Positions 12,583-26,771 of a DNA stretch of 64,000 bases are shown here, piece by piece. The stretch is from Hypanus sabinus (taxonomy: Eukaryota). Where the stretch lies: the NCBI RefSeq assembly GCF_030144855.1, contig NC_082716.1, positions 50,964,001 to 51,028,000 on the forward strand. The letters are read 5' to 3'. The position numbers were made by a program, and so were the translations under genes. Position 1 is the first letter of the stretch, and every line of letters begins with the position of its first letter. The notes beneath the pieces are model-generated. The model ran no database searches. It was not told where the DNA came from and saw nothing but the letters and a program-made list of their open reading frames with translations.

Positions 12583-13937
12583 AAGCCAGTCCACTATAGA
12601 CACAGGGAAGAGGTGGAAAATATTTTCATGACATTTTGAAAATTTCTCAAAAAATTACTTAAGTATCCAATTTAACAAAACGTTTCACAAAGATCACTTC
12701 CACTGGTAATGAATAAAGAAATACATTCACTCTGTATCACTTTATTAAGAAGTCCTTACAATGCAGCAATGTTTGTGTCATAAATTCATCCAGTTTTATG
12801 TGCTATAGAATCATATGGGGTAAAGATTGTCTTTGATCACTAGGGCCAAGACTGTTCAAGAGCTTTGGCATTCACTTGTACTCATTTCCACACGTTCACT
12901 TTGTTTGGCTGACGCTTTCCCATGTATTTTTCAATGCTAACAACCAGAGAGACTCTTCCACTACAGAAAGAAAGCTGTGCTTATGCCAGCTCCTTAAAAG
13001 ATCTGTCCAGTATAATTCTAATCCCATTTTTTTCTCTCCATAAATTTGACCATTCTGTCCATTTCTAATTGTCTTTTAAGTATTTTGTTAACATTCTTTT
13101 ATCCCAACTCTCCATGTAAAAATCTTTTTTCACCTTTTCAAACTTGCTCTTTTCAGTTATTTTACATCCATAATATTTGGCTTTTGACTTTCTTGTCAGT
13201 TGAAACAAATTCACATTTTGTGCTTTTTCTTCAGAGAAGATCTTACCTCGTCTGTTCAAAGAGCAATGCTTGCTTTTCCGATGTCTCCAAATTATTGAAA
13301 CCTATCATCTTTTAAATGACAGCCTCCTCTATATCTTCTCTAAGCCATAAAGATTTGTGATGCCCCTTGTATGCAATACTCCGGCTGAACCCAAATTATT
13401 GATTTTTAAAGATTTAGGCTCTCTTTCTTTATTCATCATCAACATTCCTATTAACTGGTTAATGCATCCTACATGCTTTCTCAACAGCTTCATGAACCTC
13501 TTCATAAACTTATTCATGTACAGTACAACACCAGTTCTTTATTCTTTTAAACCTGGCTCCCCCCTCTCCCTACCATGTCCCAGTTCCTCAAAATATTACA
13601 GTTCCTCAGTTCATTTCACCAACCTGTTTAGTTCCTTCTAAAAGCCCTTACTACTTTGTCCACTTTTATAGCATTGGCAAGTTTCATTAATCCAGAAATT
13701 TAAAAACTGGACTCTTTGCACTGAAGCTCAGGACTCTTACAGACAAGAATAGTTGTCTATAGCCCTAATCTTTAGGGACCCCACTGCATGCAAACCTTTA
13801 CTCATGACTATTTTCTGATTCCTATCCCTTATCAATGATCTAGTCTTGTTACCAAATTTTACTTAATTCTATGTACCATTTGTCTCCACTTTCCACTTCC
13901 TCGGTAAAGCAGCCAGCAATATCAAAGATCATGGTCT

Positions 13938-14429
13938 TCTGCTGTTGTAGCCCATCCACTTCAAGGTTCAATGTGTTGTGCATTCAGTGATGTCTTTCTG
14001 CACACTAACTGTTCTAATGCATGGTTTTTTAAGTTACAGTCACCTTTCTGTCAGCTTAAACCAGTCTGACCATTCTCATCTGATCTCTTTCATTAACAAG
14101 ATATTTTTGTCCACAAAACTGCCGTTCACTGGATCCTTTTTCTCATACCATTTTCTGTAAACTTTAGAGATTTTTGTGTGAAAATCCCAGGGGATCAGCA
14201 GTTTCTGAGATACCCAAACCACCCCGTGTAGCACCAACAATCATTCCATGGTCAAAGTCACTTAGATCACATTTCTTCCCCATTCTGATGTTTGGTCTGA
14301 ACAACTGAATCTCTTGACCATGTCTGCATGTTTTTATGCACTGAGTTGTTGCTGTGCATTTGACTGATTAGATATTAGAATTAATGAGCAGGTGTATAGG
14401 TTGACCTAATAAAGTGGCCACTGAGTGTA
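13938..14429. mobile_element. Tc1-type DNA transposon fragment with one terminal inverted repeat
   Basis: Ends ...ACCTAATAAAGTGGCCACTGAGTG-TA, a Tc1-like terminus; a related decayed terminus is at ~505-530. Confidence 0.65.
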
Positions 14430-15339
14430 GTTTTGTAATGGAATGGTAGAACATTGGACATATCTCTTCTATAATAACTATAGTTTTATAGCACCTACAT
14501 GTCAGAAGTCTATATTCCTGATATATAATTGAGTCACCAGTTGTGGAGATGCGAGATTTCAGCCAGGCTTATATTATGAAATTGGTTTCCTAAATCTCCT
14601 CATCTTACTTCCCTTCTTTAAGACTATTTCTGTGAAATATCTTGAATTATTTTACCTCAATAATTTTGCTACATAAATTCAGTATGTTGCTGCAGCTGAT
14701 CAGCATTGACTAGTTCTGAAAATTGGCAGATGTTTATTGGCAAAGAAGTCCTTGAAAGATGTACTGTTTTATTTGCTTAACCCAGGAACATTGTCTATTG
14801 TACATTTTGATAACTCTGTAACACATCTGAAGCATTGCATGATCCTCTTTCCAAAATAATTTGATGATTGCACAGTTAAGACTTAAAAATTCAAGCAAAA
14901 CTTCCAAGAAGAACATAGCAACAGTAGCCACTACTAATAGATTAATGTTCAACAGTTTTAATGTTATAACTGAATAAAATATTTCAATTAATGAGATAGA
15001 TTTATGTATGTCAGAAAGAAATCAAGAAATTGATAAATTTATTTTGACTGTTGATACTTATACTTAGAATGTCCTTTTAAAACCATGTCAGCATTAAAAT
15101 ATTTATGTCTAAATTTAATTCAATTTTACACTGTAACATCTGTAACTAAAAGTGATTTATGAATATTTGTTTCGGGTTCAGTAGGATCTACTAAATAAAA
15201 TTCTGATTGTGGTTGAACTTTGTATTTAAAGTGGGATATTTCTACACAATCTACACACGTTTTGAAATTCTTTATCAACATCAAGCACAATGTTGTCAGG
15301 TATACAGGTTAGCGTTCAACAAAAGCATACTCTCAGTTC

Positions 15340-16528
15340 TAATCAACATGCCTCCCTCTGCAACTGGATCCCTGACTTCCTCATTGGGAGACCACAGTCT
15401 GTGCTGATCAGAAATAGCATCTCCTTGCTAACAATCAACACTGGTTCACCTCAAGGATGTGTGCTTAACTCACTGCTTTACTCTCTCTTCACACACAATT
15501 GTATGGTTAGGCACAGCTCATATGCCATCTATTAATTTACCGACAACACAACTATTGTTGGTACAATTTCAGATGGTGATAAGAAGGTGTACAGGAGTGA
15601 TATAGATCAGCTGGTTGAATGGTGTCGCAGCAGCAACCTTGCACTCAACATCAGTAAAACCAAGGAATTGATTGTGGACTTCAGGAAGGGGAAGTCAAAG
15701 GACACACACCAGTCCTCATCAAGCAATCAGAAGTAGAAATGGTGAGCAACTTCAAGTTCCTGGCCGTCAATATCCATGAGGATCTAACCTGGGCCCAACA
15801 CACAGATGCAATTACAAAGAAGGCACAACAGTGACTATATTTCATTGGGAGTTTGAGGAGATTTGGTATGTCACCAAAGAAACTCAGATATTTCTACAGA
15901 TGTACCCGGAGAGCATTCTAACTGGTTGCACACTGTCTGAAATGGAAGAACCACTGCACAGGATCAGACAAGGCTGCAGAAAGTTGTAAACTCAGGCACA
16001 AGCTCTCCCAGTTTCCAGGACACCTTCAAAAGGCAATGCCTCAAAAAAGTGGCATCCAACATTAAGGACTCCCATCATCCAGGACATGCCCTCTTCTCAT
16101 TGCTACCATCAAGGAGGAGGTACAGGAGCCTAAAGACAAAAACTCAGTATTTCAGGAACAGCTTCTTCTGCTCTGCCATCAGATTTCTGAATGGGCAATG
16201 AACCTATGAAAGCCACCTCAATTATTTTGCATTTTATATTTGTAATTCATTTAGTTCACTTTTGTAGAGATCTGTTCTTACTTTGATATGAAAGAGTCTT
16301 TTTCTGTTGATCAGTGCCAAAAACCCCAAATTAAATCACTGTGATTCAATGTTGAAAAACGACAAAATATGAAACTTTTTGGGGGGGAGGGGGGTGGATG
16401 AATCCTTTTTATAGGCACTGTATATACCTTTGTCATTTATAGTGTTTATTGTTATGTACTGCTTCCACAATGTAACAACATTTCATTACATATGCCAGTA
16501 ATATTAAATCTGATTCTGACACTGATTC
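15340..16528 (+). mobile_element. Rex1/Babar-like LINE fragment with nested Tc1 end (~16245-16422)
   Basis: [41 protein letters not shown] motif; CTGATTCTGA tail; internal piece ends GGATGAATCCTTTTTATAGGCACTG-TA. Confidence 0.8.
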
Positions 16529-19500
16529 TGGTATAGCAAAACCTACTGGCAAATTTCCCTTAAGTAAACACCTATACACATGTAAACATTGCTTTCAATA
16601 TACCTTTCCAATATGAATTATCAGCCTAAGGCCTTTCTAGGTGAGACTGCCTATTTTTGCGGGTACTGGTTATGTATGAAGCATGTATTAGGCTCTTCTT
16701 TATGGAGAGTCCAAATTTGTTTCAAAAAGAATCGTCACAGTTATCATTCCAGCAACTGGAATAAGATTCAATCCCATTTTCTAGGGATGAATAAAAGAAA
16801 CTCAAAGACCTTAGTGTACATTCTGCAATAATAATAGAAAGATCCACCTACTATGGGATATTCCAAGTTTAAATTGACTGTCAGTTACAATTACTGTGAT
16901 ATCAATTAACAAGAAGTAATTTGGGGGATTTTCACACAGAGGTCAAAGAACGTTTGTTATTTTGGCTTCAGTTGTCCACAAGCATTCAAAGCTGTAATGG
17001 AGATGTTAGCCTGAGTATTAACATGGTCAGGTTACAAGAATGGGGGTGGGGGAGGGCTGGGGAGGGAGATTTAGTGGAAAACCCACATGCTGTGAGTCCT
17101 TTATCCTGACAGCTTCCCTGACTGGAAGTCAAGTGACAATTTATAAAAACCTACAGATTTGGGAAATCTGAAACAAAAACAGAAAGTGCCATAAATTATC
17201 AGCAAGTCAGGCAACATTGGGAAATGTTTCAGGTCTAAGCCCCTTCACCTTTCCAAGATGATGCCTGAACCACTGAGTATTTTCAGCATTTTCTGTTTTA
17301 CTCAGTGGTCAGCAGTGTGGATGGTGATAGAGTGGTGAGTGGGGGAAAGGGTCTTTGGAATATTTCATAAAAGCATGGAGCATGGGCAGGGTAAAAATGT
17401 ACTTCAGATCTTGTAGAGTTAATGTGAAGGAAGGATCTTAGAAATAGAATAGAGATTGTAATAGAAAAGTGGAACTTCAAGAAATTAGCATAATATATGG
17501 GATAATAATCAATATGCATTTATTCTCAGTTGACAATCCATTGCCACAGTAAGAATGCTGCCAGACGCACAATTTCTTGAATGAAAATTTAAACAGAGGA
17601 TCCTTCTAGGTCTTAAATAGATATAAAAGGTTCAATAGCATTTTTCATACAATGACTGTTATAGTCAACACTTAGTTTGAATTCATCACTACAGATAATC
17701 TAGGCAATTACACTTTGCTGATTACAAATTGGCTACAACTTTTCCTTCTTTGCTACATTGGCCGCATTTCAAAGTTAATTGATTGGGTGTGAAGGATTTT
17801 GGGATATTAAAGGTGTCAACTGGTTTCGGCTCCGGGACCTGGTTTGAAGTGCTTGAAGGAAAGTGTGTGACTGAAGAAATACGTGATTTAAACACAATTT
17901 TGATTTCATATAAGTGCTCATCTAAAAGGCCTGAAGTACTAGGAATAGGAGAATACTGATGCAAGGCAAAGTTGATTTTAGATCAGAATATGATGGTCAA
18001 GCCCTGCTGTGATGTTTCAGAGAGTCACTGCATAGTGGGTGGGTCAAGCTTTGGTCAATGTTCCATTCAAGTACTTTTTGTGTTGCATCAATGCAGTGTG
18101 TACAAAGGAGATAAGGAGAGCCCAGAAATGGAAAGACCCCACAAATTCTAGGGAGAGTCACGGATCAGAAGGGAGGTTCTTTAGGGTAGTTGGATGTCAG
18201 TCACTGGTGGTGCTGTTGGGATGGGGGAGGGTGAGGTCTGGTGATCAAAACAGGTCATGCAAGTTTGAATCAGAGTCGGTGTCAGGACTATGGGCATTTT
18301 GACGGTGAGCAAGTAGGTAAAGGTTAAAGGTAATCCTACTGAGTCAGATTCTTAGAACAGGTCGGGACCTGTTGGAAGAAATCTGAAGATGGAGGTCTCA
18401 GAGATACTGAATAAGCTTGGTCTGCTGGAGAGGCCTGTAAAATATACAGGCTAAATAAGCGCAAACAAAGTTCTGGAAACGTTTCCTAGACAAACCATGT
18501 CTCTCTCATAAATTACACTCATTTAATTCTGCATGTACAAGGCAGCGTTTTATGAGGTACTTCATTTGCAAATGAAAAGGAGAGTAATGACAATCATTCA
18601 CTGACCTCCTGTGACATAATTATTCAGTGATAAAAGGTTAGGCATTAATCGATGAGCTGGGAAAACCAAATTCATTTAACTTTACTGATCACAATATCCT
18701 CTCCTTCACATGCAAAGCACAATGAGACACACAAAACAGATTAATAGTTTGGCACAGACGAGATGGACCAAAGGGCCTTTTTCTGCGCTGTAGTGTATAA
18801 CTCTATGACTATTAAAAATTAATCTCTAGCAAATATCCAAATGACTTCTGACAAATAAACTCCTGATTAATTCACTCCATTCAATATAAGTTTCTGAAAG
18901 TCATTTCATTATAAGATAAACAAACAGATGAAATATCATTAGCTTAGTGCAAGTTATGTGATTTCTTTCCAGGCATGTTAAATGTGTATTGAACTACTTT
19001 ATAGTATATGAAACTTTATAAATTCAACACAAGTGCAAATTGCTGTTCTGGTAAAGCCATAACATTGCAGAAAAGATAACACCTCAGTTAGATCATACCA
19101 GGACCCCACAGACTTTGATGCTGACAAATATTCTGATAATGGGTCTATGACTGGAGATTGTAGGTCCAATTCATTAACTCTAATGGTATGCTATTCTAAC
19201 TTTTTTTTCAATGATCTTGCACTGTAAATAAAATTCTGTTTATTTCTTGCAATATTTTGTTAATTATCAAACAATGAATAGGCACATTCCAATTGTAGAA
19301 CTGACTTTGCTAGATTCTGATCAGTAGAAGGGTTTAGTATTGAACTAATCACAAAATCTAGGAACATGTTTCCTTCCCTAAAGGGATATCTACTGCAGTT
19401 CACATATGTCTGTCTTGTTGGGTGAAAGAGTTTTGGTTTTTCAAGGTCCCTCAATATTTTGAAACAACGCCACCATTATTGCTGACATATTGAGAGCAAA

Positions 19501-20802
19501 CTGCCAGCACAATCAGTGCTGACAACACTGCATAAATATTAAAAATTTAAAATTTCACTTTTTCTTAAATCAGTTCCAGAAATTATTTGAAGAATAATTG
19601 ATGTGAGCACCCACTACTCCAGTTATTTGTACTCGAACTTCATATCTGTAGTCCCTTTAGCACCTGACACAGGACTGTTAAAGTGGAAAAAAGGTTGGGA
19701 ATTTCATTTACCTACTCCAACATTGTAAACTTTACAGAAATCCACTAGAAGTTCAGCTTTTTTGTGTAATTCAGCTTTGTGAAGGAAAGAAAATCACAGT
19801 GGCAGTGAAAGGCTATAGTCTGCTGAGTGTGTTAACTGAGGACTGTGACAGTAATGGGTTCCATGTACCACACCCCTTGTTTCATTTCCTTCCTGTGTTG
19901 CAACAGTGATAGACAGCACTGCAGTACGAGTTTATTGACATTCATGCTCAGTTTGTGGAAGAACCATAGAAATTGCAAGGCCTGGACTGAGTCTAGTCAC
20001 ATATTGAAGAATGACACTGAGACTGAGGTAGCTGCAAAATGATCTGGGATTTAGCTGAAGTTGGGTCTGAGTTGAGATAAAGTTTGAGATGTAGCTTGGG
20101 GCACTTAGCTCTAGGACTGGGCTGGGAATGGGGTTGAGCATTAGCTGCAGTTGAAGCTGGCATTGAACCAGGGCAGTGTCTGAGCTCAGTCATCAAGGGC
20201 TGGATCTGAGTTCAGGTTTAACCAATCCCCAGCCTGAACTAGAAGTCTAGGTTTAATCTGGAGCTGACATGAAATTTGGCTGTAGCTGATCCTGAAACCA
20301 GGTTTAGCCAGGGACATAAAACATGAAACAAAGCTGAAACATAGTCAGGACTATATCTAAACAGAGATTTGGTTGGTGTTAGACAGAGGTCTAAATTGAC
20401 CTTTAGTCTAGGCTGTGGTTGTTTGTAAACTGGGGTTTTCCTTTAGCTGAATCTGTAGCTGACATTTAACTGACACAAGCTGGATCAGGGTGTCAAACAG
20501 GCGGGGGAGTTTGAGATTGAAAGTGTTCTGCGAACCATGCCAAATACTGTAAGTCCCACATGTGTGACCACTTCTTCTGTGAGATCAGATAAAATGCCTC
20601 CATTCACATATAATGAACAACATTTAACAGATATGAATGCTTTGATTTCACTTGACCAGCTTTTCATTGGCAAGTTGACATTACTGTATGTTATAATATT
20701 TCTTCCTGCACCATGAGTTTAATGTGAAATTGAGGGTCCACTAACCCCTTACACTCATTTCTCTTGCAGCTTATGGACTGGGTTTTACTCCACAATGGAA
20801 TT

Positions 20803-21850
20803 AAAGTTCAAAGTAAATTTATTATCGAAGTACATATGCGTCACCATATACAACCCTGAGATTCATTTTCTTGTGGGCAAATTCGATAAATCCAGTACCC
20901 ATAATAGAATCAATGAAAAACCGCACCAACAGGGTGGTCAACTAGTGTGCAAAACACAACAAACTGCGCAAATACAAAAAGATAGAAAATAAGCAATATT
21001 AAATTAGTAATAATAATAAATAAGCAATAAGTAATGAGAACACGAGATGAAAAATCCTTGAAAGTGAGCCCTTAGGTTGTAGGAACAGTTCATTGTTGGG
21101 GCAGATGAAGTTTCCCTTCTGTTTCAGGAGCCTGGTGGTTGAGAGTAACAACTGTTCCTCAAACTTAGTGATGTGAGTCCTGAGGCTCTTGCACCTTCTT
21201 CCTGATGGCAACAATGAGAAGATTGCATGACCTGGGTGTTGGGGGCCTGTGATGATGGATGCTGCTTTCCTACAACAATGCTTTGTGTAGATATGTTCAA
21301 TGGTCAGGAGGGCTTTACTCATGAAGGACTGGGCCATATGCATCACTTTTTGTAGGATTTTTCCATTCAAAGGCATTGGTGTTTCCATACCAGGCTGTGA
21401 TGCAACCAGTCAATATACTCTCCACCACACATCTATAAAAGTTTGTTAAAGTTTTATATGTCATATTGAATCTTCACAAACTTCTAAGGAAGTAGAGGCA
21501 CTGCCATTCTTTCTTTATAATTGCACTTACATGCAGGGCCTAGAACAGGTCCTCTGAAATGATAACACCAAGGAATTTAAAGTTGCTAGCCTTCTCCAGC
21601 TCTGATCCTTTGATGAGGACTGGTTCATGGACCTTAGGTTTTCTTTGCCTGAAGTCAATAATCAGCTCGTTGGTCTTGCTGACGTTGAGTAAGAGGTTGC
21701 CGTTTTGGCACCACTCAGCCAGATTTTCAATCCTTCTCCCCCAACCCCATATGCTGATTCATCACCACCTTTGATTCGGCTTACAACAATGATATATATC
21801 ATCAGCAAACTTAAATATGTCATTGGAGCTGTGCTCAGCCATAGTCAACG
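20803..21850 (-). mobile_element. Rex1/Babar-like LINE fragment
   Basis: Minus ORF 20999-21388 (LQKV...KAASIITGPQHPGHAIFSLLPSGRRCKSLRTHIT) and a 3' tail matching the + copy at 40.1-40.6 kb. Confidence 0.8.
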
Positions 21851-22424
21851 TATAAAAATCCAATTATCATCAAATTCAGATTTACAGAATTCGTAGCATT
21901 CAGGTTTTTCAGACTCAGAACCTGGTTCCAACCCAAATTACTGTCAACCTCAGCTGTGTGCAGTACTCGAAGCAGCACTGAAATTGCAATGTGAATGATT
22001 CTAAGCCAAACCCCTTTTACAATGGGGTTAGAGCCTTGCTCTGTTCTTAGAACAAGATGACAGGCGATTGCTGTAATCAGCTCTGTGTAACTGTATCACT
22101 TGCTTTTTGAAAACTAATGGAAAGATTGGCCAAACATTGTCATAAAGTTTCTTGTCTTATATTTTATAAACACATTGACATGGTGTTCTATCTTCATATA
22201 AGCAAGTTTTAGGCAGCAGTAAAAGTGGTGTTCTACAACCAGGCATGCATGGAGCAGGGATGCATGTGCCCACCACACAATGAGAAAAGTTGAATGACAC
22301 CAGTCAGGATTAAATTGTGCGTGGCTTTTATCCATCTTGGTTCACTATCATTAGCACAGGCTGGACAAACGAGTACACTGGGAAACTCACAATTTGCTTC
22401 CAATTGAGGCAAGATGTAGAACAG

Positions 22425-22679
22425 AGATGAGCTGGAGGAATTTCTTTAGCCAGAAGGTGGGGATATAGAATTCACTACCACATACAGCTGTGGAGAACAA
22501 TTTATTGGGTACATTTAAAGAGCACGTTGATAGGTTCTTAATTAGTAAGGCTATCAAAGATTACAGGGAGAAGTCAGGAGAATGGAGTTGAGAGGAGGTA
22601 ATAAATCAGCCATGATCAAATAGCAGAGCAGACTCAATGGGCTAAGTGGCCTAATTCTGCTCCTATGTATTCTGGTCTA
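22425..22679 (+). mobile_element. CR1 LINE 3' end
   Basis: Same 3' terminal sequence as 12.3-12.6 kb and 56.2-56.7 kb. Confidence 0.7.
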
Positions 22680-25600
22680 AAATATTTCAATGGGCTTGAT
22701 CTATCAGATGGATATGCATCTGATATCTGTTTTGGTGAAAATTGGAAATAGCTTCTTACCATAACCACTACATTCTTCTCAGTGACAGGCCACTGAAAGA
22801 ACCTAACAGTGGACTCAGTGATAGGTACATTCTGTAGCTGTAGTACCTTGATGGAAAAGATTAGTAAAGCCAAATTTGCTGGAATTTTAATTTTGCTATT
22901 CTAACCTGGAGTCCAGTGCCAAAGTGTGAATGCTGTCTCGAACTGATGCAAACTACCACACAGCATCTTGGCATTACAGATCAGGTTGGATTTGGGGAGT
23001 AAATCAATAGGTGTCCACAAAAGATAAAGATGTACTTACCCTTGGGATCGGAGGCAGCAAATTCTGGCCCATATATTTTCTAGCTGGTATGCTTCACACC
23101 AGTACAAAACTTAGTTAGATTTACCCACTGATTAAATTAGAAACCATCTTCCCTTATATTTGATTTTAAGAGTGAGTGATTAAAGTTAAGTGAATCCTTT
23201 AAAGTGGGCATTTTTGGTCAACTTTTGCTTAGAAATAATATTGGTCACTTCAACATAGTTAATTTGACACAAAGGTGTCAAAAACATTACTACAGTATTT
23301 CTAAAAACTGTCATGTGTTTGATATGAATGGTTTGTTTGCACAGAAACACTTCAGCCGACAAGGCAGGATTCTGAGAACATAAAAGTTTCAAACTGCTGT
23401 CAATTGAGTCTAATAGCTGACTTTATTACAGCAAGGTCATAAAAGGCCAAACCATTGAAGACTGAGTAATTGGTCTGGGAATTAGTATCATTTAGCGTCT
23501 GTGAATTCAGCCTTGCCCACCTGCTATTACTGTTTGTTGGCTAAACAAAACAGACATTAACTCATGAAGTAACCTCCTTTTCTGTACACTACAAAAATCA
23601 AAATAACCTACATTACATTGTTAACTTGTGTAGTTTAGGTGAATAATGTCTGATTTCTAAAGAAATAGGTGCTTAGAAGACACTTCAGTTATAAAAAGTA
23701 AACTATCTGCCACCATAAATTCAGTTAAGTCCACAGCAATTTGTTTTTTCCCCTTACTCTTAAATACAATAATTGAAACAGTAATTATGTTAATAATTGT
23801 GGGCACTACAAATGGATAAATGTTAGTCACTGCAGTGCTTAGGAACGGCACTTTTAAGGAAGTCGGTTTATTGGCATAGACACAAGTACATGTATGTAGA
23901 GGTGCAATGAAAACCTATTTGCAACAGCATCACAGGCAACAATCATCTCTTTAGTTTTGCTGATGTTGAGCAAGAGGTTGTTGCTGTGGCACCATTCAAC
24001 CTACCTTGCTCCAGTAGCTGATTAATTGCAATTTGTTCAACCACAGTAGTGAGTTTGAAGATGGCATTGGTGCTGTGCATTGCCACATGGTCAGAGTGAG
24101 AGCTAAGTATTATTCCAGAAAAGTTGTGTATTTCCCAGTGAAGTTCAAGGGATTATTTATAAATCTTCCAAGGGCAACTTGTGGATATCATGATTCCACG
24201 TTCAGCAGCCGTGGAAGGACTTTCTTTCCACCACTGTGTTGTGTGATCATGTACTCAAACAATCCGGGCCACAAAATTACGTATAAAACCTTGACAGCTC
24301 ATTCACTCTTTTTTTTAGCCAACTGTCAGAGATGTCTAAGCCCTAAATGTCTTTGATAACTCTGAAATACTCAAAAACCCGATAGTATAAAATGTAAACA
24401 AAATACCTTAAAAACTGAGCTTTCTTAAAAATAAAAACGGGCTGAATTTCCTGTTGGTAATAATGGTGAACAATATTTTCATATGGCTATATCAAGAGCC
24501 CTCAATCAATTAATGATAGGATTGACAGCATTCAAAATAACTATGATTTAAATTAAAGCAAGACGAGAAAAATGTTTGGTCAGCAGTGGTACTTAAGCTT
24601 ATTTCTTACCTTGCACAGCTTTAATTTTTGTGGCATGGAAACAAAAAGATGTTGCAAAATAGTACTGGAAAATCTAGTGTAGAAATATTAAAAAATACAC
24701 TTTAGGCTGTCATTAAAGTGTTGACAATTGTTATTTAATTCTATTTATTCACAGCTCTTAACTTTTTCTTTAAATATTTGATGACACAGTAGTGGCTAGC
24801 TGTAAAAAGAAGAGGAGTTCTTTAAGTCTGGAATTTCGTGCTGCAGAGGATGGCAAGGATAAATTTTCCTGCGTTGCAAAGACTTACACCACCAATTTTT
24901 TGCTGAAAAAGTGAGAGGTCTTTTAAAGATCTGGCTACATACTAAGAGCAATGATCCAGAGTACATTCCTGCCAGAAAGAGAGCTGCTAAGCCAGGAGAA
25001 ACATTACTGTCTACAAATTGAATGCATTAGCACCAGTTTTTCATGTGCAGATTTTGCACAACAGCAATATAACCACATTAGATTGAGTGGCACGCTACTC
25101 TCGATGAAATTGAACCCTTTGGAAAATCGGCTTAAGAACCTCTGTCTGAAATTTTGCCATTGTCCTGGTATAATTTGTGTAACCAATGATAACACAAGTC
25201 ATACACTGCCTGTTTTCTCCCTTGATCATAGAAGCATGCAGTACAGAATGGGCACTTTTGGGCATGTTACCCTTGCCAACCATTAATGTCTCTCAACATG
25301 AATTCTATTTGTCTGTAATAGGCATATATCCTTCTATGCCTTTCCTTTTAAACATTGTATCTGCTGCTCTCACCTGCCCTGGCAGCTTATTCCTGATACC
25401 CATCATGCTCATTACTCATTTCAGGCAACATCCCAGTGAGTCCCTTCTTTAATTTCTCTATAGCAACCACATCCTTCCTGTGGTATGGTGATTAGAATTA
25501 TACACAATACTCCAAATGTGGTCAAACCAGTGTTTTATACAGCTGCAATATGATATCTCAACTCTTATATTCAATGGCTCAGCCTCTAAGCCAAGCATAC

Positions 25601-26557
25601 AAAATATTACCTTCATTACCCTATCCACTTATGTTGCCACGTTTAATGAGCTTCAGACTTGCTCCTCAGGACTCGGCATATCATTGCTCCTAAAGTTCCT
25701 GCTCTGTGTGAAGGCCATTTACTTTAAATGTCCTACCAGAATTTGACTTCCCAAGGAGCATTACCAGACACTTGTTTGGATTAAATTCGACCTGCCACTG
25801 CTGTGCCCAATTTTCCATCTGATATATCCTATTGTGCAGTTCTGTCTTTTGTATCTGCTGCATCTTCTCTAAAGATAGTCATCTTGTCATTGAGCAGAGG
25901 CTTGTGAGTTCCTGAGGTCCTGAAATTGATGCCCTCTGGAGCCTAGCTCTTGGCAGTGTCACCCACGGTGGTAAAGTTCCCGACAATGAGCGATACAATC
26001 AAGACCTCAGTAGTGGAGCTGGTGGAAGATGATTACACAGCATAATGCCCGTGAAGGCGGAGGAAGGCTGCAGCAGTGAAGGTTCCCCAGTTGTCTTGCA
26101 TGCCCTGCCACTGGACCTGGACCTGATCTGTCAAGAACTATGTGATAGCTGCTTGTGCATCAACAACCCCATGTTAAACAAAGTCATGCACAGACATTCT
26201 CCATGAAGGGAATAACTCCATGGGAGAACACCATACTCAATTTGAATGATTACACTGCTATTACTACAGTTCTATGTATCTTTCACCACTCTCTATGACC
26301 CCATCAATTTTTAGTGTCATCTACAAACTTACTAATTATATCAACTACATTTATATACAGTATACTACAAACTAGTCCCTACAGTTTGCCACTTGTTACA
26401 GATTTCCAGTCAGTAAAAGCACTTATCCACCAGAACACTCTGCCTGTTATTATCAGTCAGCTTTGGAACAAGTTTGTCAACATCTCTTGTGCCTTAACCT
26501 TCTGGACCTGCTGTAGGGAAGGCACATTCCCAGTTTGTAGGCTTGGGTAACAGAGGG

Positions 26558-26771
26558 CTGTTGTTTTGTTGTTCCTCTCCACACCTTGTATGCAATGAGC
26601 AGCAGCCTTGCTATTTCTTTAGCATTAGTCTGATTCGTTTTTATGAGGCCAAGTTGCTAGCTCGACACTCAACCTTGCATGGATGATAAGCATGCAAGGA
26701 GCTGGCTGAATTCGAACCTGACACCTCTCGCCTTGAAGTACGGTGTGGATGCCATTACACCACTGTCCGGC
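26558..26771 (-). mobile_element. tRNA-derived SINE
   Basis: Minus strand head GCCGGACAG-TGGTGTAATGG (A box)...GGTTCGAATTC (B box), unrelated body and an (AAC)n-like tail. Confidence 0.7.

Noticed and set aside
26700-26771. Possible tRNA gene on the minus strand
   Set aside because: Has A and B boxes but no proper acceptor or anticodon stem pairing, and continues into a SINE body and simple-repeat tail.
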